Shown here piece after piece: positions 9,096 through 19,124 of a DNA stretch of 64,000 bases. The position numbers and the translations under genes are program-made. The notes beneath the pieces were generated by a model that searched no databases, had not been told where the DNA came from, and saw nothing but the letters and a program-made list of their open reading frames with translations. Source of the DNA: Patescibacteria group bacterium (GTDB lineage: Bacteria; Patescibacteriota; Minisyncoccia; 2-02-FULL-40-12; GWA2-44-9); the NCBI GenBank assembly GCA_038061995.1, contig JBBTYA010000002.1, positions 83,282-147,281 on the forward strand, given 5' to 3'. How positions within the stretch are numbered: the first letter of the stretch is position 1; every line of letters begins with the position of its first letter.

Positions 9096-9842
9096 ATGAT
9101 TCAAACCCCACACACAATCACCACGATCGAACGCAGCTCAACCCGCGGCGTTTTCGAGGTTGGACCTCTCATGCCAGGATATGGCGCGACCATCGCAAAC
9201 CCATTGCGTCGCGTGCTCCTTTCCTCATTACAGGGTGCGGCAGTAACTTCAATTAAGATCCAGGGCGTTGACCACGAGTTCTCTTCGATTGATCACGTGC
9301 TTGAAGATGCAATCCAGATTATTTTAAACGTAAAGAAGATCCGCTTGCGCTCTTTCGCAGACGGCCCAGTTACTCTTGTGCTTGAAGCAAAGGGTGAAGG
9401 CGTTGTGACTGCTGGAGACATGAAGCTTCCTGCAGATGTGGAAGTAGTGAACCCAGAACAGCCCATTCTTACTATCACCGACAAAAAGGCGACAGTGAGC
9501 ATGGAGCTTACGGTTGAACGCGGTGTTGGTTATGTTCCTACAGAGCAGCGCCAGAAGGAAAAACTTCCTATCGGCGTGATCGCGGTTGATGCAATCTTCT
9601 CGCCAGTAAAATTGGTGAATTTCCGCATCGATGATATCCGCGTTGGTGACCGTATCGACTTTAACAAAGTCACTATGGAAATCGTTACCGATGGCACCCT
9701 GACCCCAGAAGCAGCGCTCCGCAACGCATCGGAAATCCTTGCTGATCACTTTACCTCACTTGCCAAGATTGAGGTTCCTGATGTAACATCCCAGGACGCT
9801 CCAGCACCTAAGAGCAGTAAGAAGAAGGAACCAAAGGAATAA
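9096..9842 (+). CDS. rpoA: DNA-directed RNA polymerase alpha subunit, N-terminal domain only (248 aa, no alpha-CTD)
   Basis: Alpha-NTD homology. The ORF ends in a Lys-rich tail exactly where the linker/CTD would begin. rplQ starts 10 nt later. Confidence 0.9.
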   Translation: MIQTPHTITTIERSSTRGVFEVGPLMPGYGATIANPLRRVLLSSLQGAAVTSIKIQGVDHEFSSIDHVLEDAIQIILNVKKIRLRSFADGPVTLVLEAKGEGVVTAGDMKLPADVEVVNPEQPILTITDKKATVSMELTVERGVGYVPTEQRQKEKLPIGVIAVDAIFSPVKLVNFRIDDIRVGDRIDFNKVTMEIVTDGTLTPEAALRNASEILADHFTSLAKIEVPDVTSQDAPAPKSSKKKEPKE

Positions 9843-9851
9843 GAGCACACT

Positions 9852-10199
9852 ATGAAACGAGGCAACCTCCGAAAATTTGGACGGGAACGTAATCAGCGAG
9901 CTGCCTTGTTGCGCTCTCTTGCAACCGCGCTTATTGAGCACGGCTATATTGTTACTACGACTGCGCGCGCAAAGACGCTTACCTCAACCGTAGCAAAGCT
10001 GATCACTCTTGGGAAAAAGGGGACCGTGGCGGCACGTCGTGAGCTCATGACCCGCGTTGGCAAGAAGGCTTCTGAAAAGCTCGTCAAAGATATTTCAGTA
10101 CGCTTTGCCTCACGCCCCGGTGGCTACACGCGCTTGCTCCCATTGGGACAGCGTCCTTCGGATGGATCACCCACGGTCCGCATTGAATTTGTTGCATAA
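9852..10199 (+). CDS. rplQ: 50S ribosomal protein L17
   Basis: Family match. Confidence 0.95.
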   Translation: MKRGNLRKFGRERNQRAALLRSLATALIEHGYIVTTTARAKTLTSTVAKLITLGKKGTVAARRELMTRVGKKASEKLVKDISVRFASRPGGYTRLLPLGQRPSDGSPTVRIEFVA

Positions 10200-10201
10200 T
10201 T

Positions 10202-10558
10202 ATGACCGCTACACCAAAAAACATCGTTGAGATCGACATGGCAGGCCAATCTATTGGTCGTGCTGCTACGCGCATCGCAACGCTGCTCCGTGGCAAACAC
10301 CTTCCTTCCTATAATCCTTCCGTGGATCCGGAAATTTCTGTACGCATTCTTAACTTAGATAAAGTTGTCTTTACGGGCAACAAGCTTGCACAGAAGAAGA
10401 TCTATCGTTTCTCTGGCTATCCGGGCGGTCTTAATGAGCGTACCCTCGGCTCACTGTGGGAAAAGAAGCCAAAAGAAGTATTGCGCCGCATGGTCCGCAG
10501 CATGCTTCCTGATAACACGCTCCGCGCTCGCATGATCTTGCGCTTAGTGTTTGCCTAA
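10202..10558 (+). CDS. rplM: 50S ribosomal protein L13 (short form)
   Basis: Family match. 118 aa, lacking the usual C-terminal extension. Confidence 0.9.
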   Translation: MTATPKNIVEIDMAGQSIGRAATRIATLLRGKHLPSYNPSVDPEISVRILNLDKVVFTGNKLAQKKIYRFSGYPGGLNERTLGSLWEKKPKEVLRRMVRSMLPDNTLRARMILRLVFA

Positions 10559-10567
10559 TTTTATCGT

Positions 10568-11098
10568 ATGCAACAGAACGACACACAACCATTAGATGTT
10601 CTCGGAATCGCAGTGCCTGATGAAGACACTGACGAACCCACGCTCCCACCTCTTGAAGAGGGGGATAAAGAGCTTGGCACCAAAGAAAAGTATTTTGAAT
10701 CCGTAGGTCGCCGCAAGAATGCGGTTGCTCGCGTACGTCTCTTTACACGCAAGTCTACCGACGCGCTCAAAGAAGATCGCGCACTGGTGGTTGTAAACGG
10801 CAAAGACTATACAGAGTATTTTTCTGATAAATCTCTCTGGTTGCACGTGGAAGCGCCGCTTCGCAAGCTCAAATCACTTGCACGCTTTAAGGTGACTGCA
10901 TTGGTGAATGGCGGCGGCATCGCTGGCCAAGCAGAAGCAATCCGTCACGGCATTTCCCGTGCATTGGAACTCTTTGATACAAACTTCCGCAAGAAGCTCA
11001 AGAAGGCAGGTTACCTCACGCGCGATCCTCGCATGAAGGAACGCCGCAAGTACGGCTTAAAGAAAGCACGCAAATCACCATCTTGGTCAAAGCGTTAA
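10568..11098 (+). CDS. rpsI: 30S ribosomal protein S9 with an acidic N-terminal extension
   Basis: C-terminal part matches S9 (GGGIAGQAEAIRHGISRAL...KSPSWSKR). Confidence 0.9.
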   Translation: MQQNDTQPLDVLGIAVPDEDTDEPTLPPLEEGDKELGTKEKYFESVGRRKNAVARVRLFTRKSTDALKEDRALVVVNGKDYTEYFSDKSLWLHVEAPLRKLKSLARFKVTALVNGGGIAGQAEAIRHGISRALELFDTNFRKKLKKAGYLTRDPRMKERRKYGLKKARKSPSWSKR

Positions 11099-11106
11099 TC
11101 TCACAC

Positions 11107-11131
11107 AAAGCGCCCCTCACGGGGCGTTTTG
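11107..11131 (+). terminator. rho-independent terminator after rpsI
   Basis: GCGCCCC-tcac-GGGGCG followed by TTTT. Confidence 0.5.
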
Positions 11132-11207
11132 GTTCGTTGACTTCATAGGTTTATTCATGTACCGCATGCGCCAGCTCTCTACATGAGGCGGAACGGAGGT
11201 GATCGAG

Positions 11208-11594
11208 ATGACGCCCCAAGATGAAAAGACGTTGGTTGACCTCATCACACGTGAAAGCGGCATGGTGTACTTGTTCCTGGCGGTACGTATTCAGAGACGT
11301 CCAGGAGAAGAACACCTCCTAACCACTCCAGAAGTTGCGAAAAAGTGGCAGGAAATCGAGCCAGCACTGGTGGTCCTCCACGATGTCGCAGGCTTGAGAC
11401 CGGTAGCGCGCCTCGAAGCGCCAAGCGGTGACTGCCTCTGGCTTTTGGACAACCTGTCTGCCGACCAACCTCTGCGCTGGTCTTTGATTGGCACCGTGGA
11501 ACAGCTTCAAGCACACTACCGCGAAGAGATCAGAGCTGCGGTCCCAAATAACATTCGGGATTTCCTGAACGATCGCCTCGACGACCCCTACTAG
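11208..11594 (+). CDS. hypothetical protein (128 aa)
   Basis: GGAGGTG SD upstream of the ATG and its own terminator downstream. No recognisable family. Confidence 0.5.
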   Translation: MTPQDEKTLVDLITRESGMVYLFLAVRIQRRPGEEHLLTTPEVAKKWQEIEPALVVLHDVAGLRPVARLEAPSGDCLWLLDNLSADQPLRWSLIGTVEQLQAHYREEIRAAVPNNIRDFLNDRLDDPY

Positions 11595-11608
11595 CCCCCG
11601 CAAGAGGA

Positions 11609-11639
11609 TCCCCACTCTTTGTGGGGGTTCTTTCTTTTA
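11609..11639 (+). terminator. rho-independent terminator
   Basis: CCCCCAC-tcttt-GTGGGGG followed by a T-rich run. Confidence 0.45.
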
Positions 11640-12446
11640 CAGACGAATAATATTTACGCCGCCGCGAGTGTCGATTTCGATAATGCGAATACCTGCACCT
11701 TCATTAAAAGCAACGTGCGTTGCGTTTTCATCAAACCAGACTGCATTAGTGATGGGGCGCGATGCACGGAAGATGCGCTCCATATAGCCTTGCGGATAAA
11801 ATGGTTGTGCGCCGTTTGGAGTAAGCCACATGACCCAGAGATCGCGGCCACTCCACCAGAGAAGGCGGGCTTGTCGGGATGAAAGGCGCGCACCCGCGGG
11901 GTTCTTTACGATATCAGTGCGAGTGCCGTCTTTTTGGATCAGCATGAGTGTGTCGCCACGCCACGCGAGCGTTGAATCTGGAATAGGACTCACCACCGGG
12001 GTCTGACGGGGGCGTGGTGATGGAGGCGGGAGAAGCGCTGGTTGTGCCATTTCTTCTTCAAGACGTGTGCGGAGAAGCTCAACGCGTGTTTCATCGGTGG
12101 GGAGCATGAGTACGTGGGGGAACTCGGTGATGAGGCCTTCTGATACGGATGCAGTTTTACTCCACGAAGAAAAGCCATCGCGATAGGTGCTGACCGTATA
12201 CGAACCAGGGAGAAGCTCTTCGATACCAAAGGTGCGTGAGAGAAATGACGTACTCCCTTTGAGCTCACCATTGAGGAGCACGTCTGCCGTTTCATTAATA
12301 CGTACGACGATGGTTCCCGTACGAATAAAACGCCCCTCAGAGAGGCTATAAGTGTATCCTTGGGCATTCATAATAGCCCAATAAGTCCCCGTGATAAAAA
12401 CGAGGGCGGTCAGGGCGAGTAATATACGGCGCTTTCGCTTTTCCAT
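11637..12446 (-). CDS. PEGA-domain membrane-anchored protein
   Basis: N-terminal TM helix and a PEGA-like motif (GSYTVSTYRDGFSSWSKTASVSEG). Confidence 0.6.
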   Translation of the reverse strand: MEKRKRRILLALTALVFITGTYWAIMNAQGYTYSLSEGRFIRTGTIVVRINETADVLLNGELKGSTSFLSRTFGIEELLPGSYTVSTYRDGFSSWSKTASVSEGLITEFPHVLMLPTDETRVELLRTRLEEEMAQPALLPPPSPRPRQTPVVSPIPDSTLAWRGDTLMLIQKDGTRTDIVKNPAGARLSSRQARLLWWSGRDLWVMWLTPNGAQPFYPQGYMERIFRASRPITNAVWFDENATHVAFNEGAGIRIIEIDTRGGVNIIRL

Positions 12447-12535
12447 AGCTTGTGTAGTATACAGGAAAACTTGACTAAATGCCAGAAATGTCAGGTTGCG
12501 TGCGCACCCAGAACACGATACACTTTCCCTGCTTT

Positions 12536-13543
12536 ATGGCACGTAAACTAGGCATAGATCTCGGCACTACTAACACCGTTGTCTTCGTCCCTGGCAAGGG
12601 GATCGTCATCAACGAGCCTTCGGTCGTCGCCGTTTCAGTACTCGATAACACTATTTTAGCAGTTGGTAATAAAGCGAAGGAGATGATCGGACGTACGCCG
12701 GATAGCATTATCATTTCCCGCCCGCTCGTTGATGGTGCAATTGCCGACTATCGCATCACCGGTGCTATGCTCCGTTATTTTATCAAGCGCGCTGGTGGTC
12801 TCTTCTCATTTTTAAAACCTGAAGTACTCATCTCCGTTCCCGCAGGTATCACCTCAACTGAAAAACGCGCAGTGATCGAATCAACACTCGATGCAGGAGC
12901 AAAAGCGGTCTACTTAGTGAAAGAGCCTGTGCTCGCAGCCATTGGTGCGCGCATTCCCATCAATAGCCCTATTGGAAATATGATTTTGAATATCGGTGGC
13001 GGTACTACCGAGCTTGCGGTGATCTCTATTGGTGGAATCGTAAGCGCATCATCGGTGCGCATCGGAGGTAATAAGTTTGATCTTGCCATTGTTGAATACA
13101 TAAAAAAGCGTCACACGCTCGCAATTGGTGAACGCACTGCAGAGCTTATGAAGATCGCTATCGGAAGCGCCATTAAGCAGGCAAACGAAGAAAAGATCAC
13201 CATCAAGGGGCGCGACCTTACATCGGGACTTCCGAAAACTATTGAGATCAGCTCCAATGAGCTTACCGACGCTTTGAGTGAGAGTTTGCGCGAAGTGATT
13301 CAGATTATTAAAGAAGTATTAGAAGTAACGCCTCCAGAGCTTTGCTCTGACATTATGGATCGCGGCATTACTATTTCAGGTGGTGGGGCACTCTTGCGCA
13401 ACATTGATCAACTCATTACGAAAGTAACGGGCGTTCCTGCGCATATCGCAGATGACCCACTGTTCTGCGTGGCGCGTGGTACGGGTATCGTGCTGGAAAA
13501 CCTCGATGTGTATAAGAAAAACGTTATTGCAAAGCGTTCATGA
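12536..13543 (+). CDS. mreB: rod-shape determining actin-like protein MreB
   Basis: [12 protein letters not shown]... of the actin-like ATPase family. The start is the internal Met of ORF 12479..13543. Confidence 0.9.
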   Translation: MARKLGIDLGTTNTVVFVPGKGIVINEPSVVAVSVLDNTILAVGNKAKEMIGRTPDSIIISRPLVDGAIADYRITGAMLRYFIKRAGGLFSFLKPEVLISVPAGITSTEKRAVIESTLDAGAKAVYLVKEPVLAAIGARIPINSPIGNMILNIGGGTTELAVISIGGIVSASSVRIGGNKFDLAIVEYIKKRHTLAIGERTAELMKIAIGSAIKQANEEKITIKGRDLTSGLPKTIEISSNELTDALSESLREVIQIIKEVLEVTPPELCSDIMDRGITISGGGALLRNIDQLITKVTGVPAHIADDPLFCVARGTGIVLENLDVYKKNVIAKRS

Positions 13544-14586
13544 AGATAGCACTCGTTACTGATTGGATCACCACAGTATCGGGATCAGAAGAGCTTGTAC
13601 AAGCGCTCCATCGCATCTGGCCCGATGCTCCACTCTACACCGCATATGCGGACAAAGAGCGCGCGCGCAACGCTTTCCCAAATGCTGATGTTCGTGCAAG
13701 TTTCATTGGGCGCATTCCCTCATTTCTCCGCGTACGCCCACTTCTTGCACTTCTTTTACCTCTTGCGATGGAGTCTTTTGATTTCACGGGATATGACGTT
13801 GTGATTTCAGTGAGCGGCCTTGTGAGCAAAGGTATTATCGTTCCTAGTGCCACGCGACACATCTCCTATTGTATGAGCCCGCCACGACAGCTGTGGGACC
13901 TCGCACACGCTCAGAGGGGTATGCGCCTAGGTCGTCACTTGATGCGACTATGGGATAGCGCTGCGGCAAAACGTATCTCTGAATGGGTTGCTATTTCTCA
14001 TACTGCCGCCAAGCGAATAGAAACATACTACAGACAAACGCCGCGAGCGGTGATATATCCTCCCGTGCAAGTACAGAACGCTTCTGCTGAACCGCCACAT
14101 CCGAAACCCTACTATCTTTTTGTGGGGCGTTTGTACGCATATAAAAATGTGGCGTTACTTCTTGAGCTCTTCTCCCGACTCCAACGCGACTTAGTGATTA
14201 TCGGAACGGGACCACTGGAAGGCGTACTGCAACGTCATGCATCACCGAACGTGCACATGCGCGGATATGTAGACGATGCCACGCTTAGTGCATATATGGT
14301 GCATGCAAAGGCGCTTATTGTGCCGAATGAGGAAGATTTCGGACTCACGATTGCAGAAGCACATGCGCATGGTACGCCTGTGCTTGCACTTCGCACTGGC
14401 GGGGCAATGGAAATTATCGAAGAAGGAGTTACTGGCGAGTTCTTTAATGATGCAATCCCAGAAGCGATCGGGGAGTGTCTTATGCGCTTTGAACAAAAGA
14501 CATACGACGCCGAAACGATCCGTGCTCGCGGAGCATCATTTTCTGAAGCGCGTTTTCAGGAAGCGTGGCGCGCATACCTTTCATGA
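13540..14586 (+). CDS. glycosyltransferase family 4 (GT-B)
   Basis: GT4 C-terminal signature EDFGLTIAEAHAHGTPVLA. ATGA overlap with mreB. Confidence 0.8.
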   Translation: MKIALVTDWITTVSGSEELVQALHRIWPDAPLYTAYADKERARNAFPNADVRASFIGRIPSFLRVRPLLALLLPLAMESFDFTGYDVVISVSGLVSKGIIVPSATRHISYCMSPPRQLWDLAHAQRGMRLGRHLMRLWDSAAAKRISEWVAISHTAAKRIETYYRQTPRAVIYPPVQVQNASAEPPHPKPYYLFVGRLYAYKNVALLLELFSRLQRDLVIIGTGPLEGVLQRHASPNVHMRGYVDDATLSAYMVHAKALIVPNEEDFGLTIAEAHAHGTPVLALRTGGAMEIIEEGVTGEFFNDAIPEAIGECLMRFEQKTYDAETIRARGASFSEARFQEAWRAYLS

Positions 14587-16532
14587 TAGCCATCATAACC
14601 GTACATTTTGGAAAAGAAGAATCCATACTGCGACTTGCAGAGTCGCTCGCGCCACACCTTTCTACGGGCATGCGTTGGTATATCGTTGATAATAATGAAT
14701 ATACAAACGCAGAACACGAGGCATTTGTATCACGCACCCCAGACGCTCATCACATTCATGCGTCATATAACGGTGGCTTTGGAGCTGGGAATAACGAAGG
14801 AGTTTCTCGCGCAAAAGCAGATGGCGCAGAGTGGTGTGTCTTTTTAAATAGCGATACCGCAGTTGGACCAACATTCCGTGAGACGCTTGAGAAAGATCTC
14901 GCTGGTGAACGAGGGTTCGTTGCCCTTCCCGTTGTTGAAGACGGAAAAGAAATAACGATGGGACGCATCGCTTATCATAAGGGTATGCCGCTTGGCCTTC
15001 GCGATACCGGCACTCTTACGGAGCAGCGGTCGTATGTTCATGGCGCGGCCTGTGCTCTGCATGTTTCTATGGGTGATTCGTTGGGGTGGTGGGATGAACG
15101 TTTTTTCTTGTATTGGGAAGACGTGGCGCTTTCGTGGAAAGCGCGCGCATTGGGTGTTTCGATGCGTATTGGCACCACACGCGTATCTCATGTGGGCTCT
15201 GTGGCAACAAAAGCACTTCAATATGACGTTCTTTCCGCTCTGCATGCGCGTAACTACCTTTTGGCCGAATGGGCATATGGGTCGAAGGTGTGCGCACTCA
15301 CGTGGGGATTATACGCGCTCATGCGAAGCATCGTTGGCGCAATGGCCGGGAACAGATTCTGGCGCGGCGTATTCCATGGTATAGCAGCCGCACTACGCGG
15401 GGAGTGGGGGAATATGCATGCCAAGCGTGTACACATTGGTATTGAAGCAGAATCACTTGAGGATCCTGTTGGTGGCGTGGCGCGCATGACCCATGAGCTC
15501 GTGCGAGAACTTGCACGGCGCCCAGAGCTTGCTCGCTCTCTGGTGATACATCTTTATTTTAAATCTCATGTTGTTCCTGGTCCTTGGCAAGAGAGCGCAC
15601 TCTTTCAATGTCACATAACAAAGCCGCGATGGTTCCCGGCATCGTTTAATATTCACTATCATATGTGGATGCCCCTGATGGCGTATTGGCACGGTGTTCG
15701 CGCGCTCTATTTCCCAAACTATATGCTGCCCTATACGTGGGTGAGGAAATCCCTCGTTATGCTTACGCCCGATGTGGGATATGAAATGTTCGGTACGTCA
15801 CTTCCTTGGAAGTATCGCCTTGCATATCGCTTATTTGCGGGAAGAGCATATCAACGCGCTACACGAGTGATGACGCTCTCTCATGATTCTGCGCGCCTTT
15901 TGCCAAGTGCATTTCATCGCCCCACACGAGATATCGTTGTGGTAAACCATCTTGCGGTTGAGGCTCCTGAAGCGGAAAATCTGACCCAGAGAGAGCCACT
16001 TTTTGCATGGGTAGGCCAAGCGTTCGAGCGTCGCCACGTGCGTGAGGCACTTGAAGCTTTTGTGCGCGTGGCATCTACACATCCAAATGTCTCCTTCACG
16101 CTTGCTGGTGCAGATAAATATACGCCGCCATATATTGCTCAAAAAGTAGAAGTACTTGCCCAAGAGGGTTTGCACGTTACGTACACGCCCCACGTTTCCG
16201 AATCTGCGTTGAAAGAGTTGTATGCACGTGCGCATGCTATAGTATATGTGTCCGACGCGGAATCATTCGGGCTTCCGCCCGTTGAGGGCGCCGCGCATGG
16301 CGCAATTCCCATTGTTGCCGACACGCCGCTCTCACATGAGATATTCGGAGCGGATGCCGTCTATGTGTCACAGCCTATTACCGTTGCGGGAATAGAGAAA
16401 GCTATGGTTCAATCACTTACACGACGCGATGATGCATCGTTCCGTGGTCGTATTCAGGCGAGAGCTAAGACATATACGTGGTCATCGCATACTGATCGCT
16501 GGCTCGCCACTATACGCGATATTCTTTCATGA
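14583..16532 (+). CDS. bifunctional glycosyltransferase (N-terminal GT2, C-terminal GT4-like)
   Basis: N-terminus has YIVDNN...FLNSD as in GT2. C-terminus has ESFGLPPVEGAAHGAIPIV as in GT4. ATGA overlap with the upstream gene. Confidence 0.75.
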   Translation: MIAIITVHFGKEESILRLAESLAPHLSTGMRWYIVDNNEYTNAEHEAFVSRTPDAHHIHASYNGGFGAGNNEGVSRAKADGAEWCVFLNSDTAVGPTFRETLEKDLAGERGFVALPVVEDGKEITMGRIAYHKGMPLGLRDTGTLTEQRSYVHGAACALHVSMGDSLGWWDERFFLYWEDVALSWKARALGVSMRIGTTRVSHVGSVATKALQYDVLSALHARNYLLAEWAYGSKVCALTWGLYALMRSIVGAMAGNRFWRGVFHGIAAALRGEWGNMHAKRVHIGIEAESLEDPVGGVARMTHELVRELARRPELARSLVIHLYFKSHVVPGPWQESALFQCHITKPRWFPASFNIHYHMWMPLMAYWHGVRALYFPNYMLPYTWVRKSLVMLTPDVGYEMFGTSLPWKYRLAYRLFAGRAYQRATRVMTLSHDSARLLPSAFHRPTRDIVVVNHLAVEAPEAENLTQREPLFAWVGQAFERRHVREALEAFVRVASTHPNVSFTLAGADKYTPPYIAQKVEVLAQEGLHVTYTPHVSESALKELYARAHAIVYVSDAESFGLPPVEGAAHGAIPIVADTPLSHEIFGADAVYVSQPITVAGIEKAMVQSLTRRDDASFRGRIQARAKTYTWSSHTDRWLATIRDILS

Positions 16533-18079
16533 CACTCTTCACTTCGTGGCAGAAGCCACTTCTCCTGAGCTGGGCACTCTCTCTTGCTATTATGGCAGGC
16601 GTTCTTCCCCGTGAAGTGAGTTTTCTTATAGCGCTCGGGGGGCTCTTTGCCATGGCGCGCATGTCTCTTGAAGATGCGGCAACCTATTTTATTGGTATGG
16701 TGCCGTGCGCGCTCGCGCTCCCATTCACCGCAACATTCGATAACTTTAATATGTGGCGGCTCTTCGCGTTGTTGCTCGTAGTGCGTGGAGTATATGTATA
16801 TCGAGAGCGTCTCACGGATGTGCGTGCGCTTGTGCGCTCACCAGCGGGCATTTCTCTTATTACGCTCTCTGCCGTTGCGGGGCTCTCGCTCGCTGTTGCT
16901 CACGATCTAGGCGCTGGACTCAAACGTTTCATTTACTTCGCAAATGCGCTTCTACCGCTGGTGGTTATAGCGCTCCTCTCACAGAGAGAGGGTATGCGCG
17001 CGGCACTGTTTTCATGCATGCGATGGATCGCGGTGCTTCTTGTCGGCGTTGCTGGTATCCAACTCATCTCAACGTACGTCATGGATATCTACGCGTTCAT
17101 GCGCATATGGGGTGAGGGTGTGCAATTCCGCCAATTCGGTGCGCAGTGGAGCGATATTGTCACAAGCGTAGGAAATACATGGTTTGCATACTATGGTGAG
17201 CAACTTTCGCTACGTATTTTTTCACTCCTTCCCGATTCGCATACCTTCCCTATGATTTTGGTGGCGCTCATACCAGCAGTCATGGCTGCGGCATTGGTGC
17301 ACACACGCATTCCTTCACAAGCGTACGAACGGTTCACAAGCCTTGTGCGTACGCGCGTAAATATGTGGATTGCTTTTGTACCCCTAGCATTTCTCTTCGT
17401 TATTCTTTCGGGAACTCGGGGAATGTGGGTGGCGAGCCTTGGGGTTATTCCGCTCGGTATTCTTTTCATCATCGCGTTACGTCATAGTATCTCGCGACAA
17501 GGCCAGACAATGCTCCGCTATGTTACTGCGGTAGCAGTTCTCTTCTTTGCACTATTTTTTGTAGCATGGCCCATCGTTACATCGCCACAGTTTCTGCTAA
17601 GTAAAGGGGATGACCTACTCTTTACCAAGCGCCTCCGCTCTATCATTGATTTTGGTGAAACATCAAATGCTCAACGTATCGCTATTTGGCGTGCCACGTT
17701 AGATTCCATACGCGAACGACCTTTGTTAGGTGTTGGGCTTGGGCAATATCCAATCATCCTCGACCAGGATCTTGCTCTTGCTGACGCAGGATCCTCAGCA
17801 CACAACGTATATCTACACATAGCAGGGGAAGTGGGTGTTGTGGGGTTGCTTGCGTTTACTACCTTTCTTGCTAGCGTAGCATTCGCGTGCGTGAATGCTC
17901 TTCGCACAGAGAGATCACTTCGTGATCAGGCATTCTTAGTGACTGCTCTACTCTTTTTACCGTGGGTATGGGCATATCTTATTACTGACGCGGCGCTCTT
18001 TGATGAACGCGCGCTTCTCCTTATTGGAGCGGTCTGTGCGGTTATTCTTGGATATCAGAATCATGAGCAACGAACATAG
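16529..18079 (+). CDS. O-antigen ligase/polymerase (Wzy_C)-like polytopic membrane protein
   Basis: About 12 TM segments with a large loop carrying the Wzy_C-like region. Confidence 0.7.
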   Translation: MTLFTSWQKPLLLSWALSLAIMAGVLPREVSFLIALGGLFAMARMSLEDAATYFIGMVPCALALPFTATFDNFNMWRLFALLLVVRGVYVYRERLTDVRALVRSPAGISLITLSAVAGLSLAVAHDLGAGLKRFIYFANALLPLVVIALLSQREGMRAALFSCMRWIAVLLVGVAGIQLISTYVMDIYAFMRIWGEGVQFRQFGAQWSDIVTSVGNTWFAYYGEQLSLRIFSLLPDSHTFPMILVALIPAVMAAALVHTRIPSQAYERFTSLVRTRVNMWIAFVPLAFLFVILSGTRGMWVASLGVIPLGILFIIALRHSISRQGQTMLRYVTAVAVLFFALFFVAWPIVTSPQFLLSKGDDLLFTKRLRSIIDFGETSNAQRIAIWRATLDSIRERPLLGVGLGQYPIILDQDLALADAGSSAHNVYLHIAGEVGVVGLLAFTTFLASVAFACVNALRTERSLRDQAFLVTALLFLPWVWAYLITDAALFDERALLLIGAVCAVILGYQNHEQRT

Positions 18080-19124
18080 TCCTTTTGTTTCCGTTATTCT
18101 CGTTGTTTCGAATGGAGCGCGCTATATGCGCGCATGCGCAAAGGCGCTCGCGCACCAGACATACAAAGATATCGAAGTCATTGTGTTTGATAACGCGTCA
18201 CAAGATGCAACACGCGATATCGTTCGCGAAATCCTTCCTGATGCACACATCATCGAGCATCCAAAGAATATAGGCATGTGGCCTGGTCAGATTGAAGCTA
18301 TGAAATCTGCGCGAGGTTCGTTTATTCTTTCGCTTTCTGTCGATGTACTCTTGGCGCCACAGTGTATTGAAGAGCTCGTTGCATGCGCACAAAAAGATGA
18401 ACGCATCGGCGCCGTGCAGGCGAAGGTCTTTCAATATGCATACGCAGATATTGCGAACAATACATGGGATCAATCGCGTACGATCGATACATGTGGCTTT
18501 GGCATGACGCGCTCGCGACGCGTATACAACATTGGGCAAGGCGAAGCAGACTCCGGACAATACGACAACGCGCCACTGTTTGGTGTTGAGGGGGCAATGC
18601 CATTCTTTCGAAAGACTGCACTGCTTGATAGCGCACTCGAGGAGGGGATACTTGATATGGATTACTACGCAAGCGTTGGCACACTTCGCATTGGCTATGG
18701 AGATGACCTTGATATCGCATGGCGCATGCGTTTGCGAGGATGGAAACAAGTGTTCTGCCACACAGCACACGCATTCCATGACCGCACTACTACAAAATCT
18801 ATCGCAACACGCTGGTGGCATTCTTTGCTCCCTTCGCGCATACGTGCTCGACGGGCGATCACACCACTCAAACGGCAGTTGGATTGGAGGAATAATCGGT
18901 GTACAATGGTAAAGAATGAGTTAGCCCAGCATCTGTTACGCGATGCTCCTTTTATTCTTGCTCGTGATGGTGGTGCGCTTCTCTACGCTCTCCTTTTTGA
19001 CTGGAGCGTGCTTCGTGGCATGCTTGGTGCACTACTCCTTCTGCCGCGCATGCTTAAAAAACGTGCCTACGTACAACGGCGCGTACGTATCTCTGTAAGT
19101 GATATGCAATCATGTATCCGGTAA
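18063..19124 (+). CDS. glycosyltransferase family 2
   Basis: VSVILVVSNGARYMRACAKAL...VIVFDNAS is a GT-A motif. The start is an internal Met coupled to the upstream stop. Confidence 0.75.
   Translation: MSNEHSPFVSVILVVSNGARYMRACAKALAHQTYKDIEVIVFDNASQDATRDIVREILPDAHIIEHPKNIGMWPGQIEAMKSARGSFILSLSVDVLLAPQCIEELVACAQKDERIGAVQAKVFQYAYADIANNTWDQSRTIDTCGFGMTRSRRVYNIGQGEADSGQYDNAPLFGVEGAMPFFRKTALLDSALEEGILDMDYYASVGTLRIGYGDDLDIAWRMRLRGWKQVFCHTAHAFHDRTTTKSIATRWWHSLLPSRIRARRAITPLKRQLDWRNNRCTMVKNELAQHLLRDAPFILARDGGALLYALLFDWSVLRGMLGALLLLPRMLKKRAYVQRRVRISVSDMQSCIR

Noticed and set aside
8460-9113. 217-aa minus-strand ORF.
   Set aside because: It lies entirely antisense to rpsD, a certain gene.
11137-11165. 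Promoter for the 11208 gene, based on a TTGACT hexamer.
   Set aside because: No convincing -10 lies at 16-18 nt spacing, so it was not annotated.
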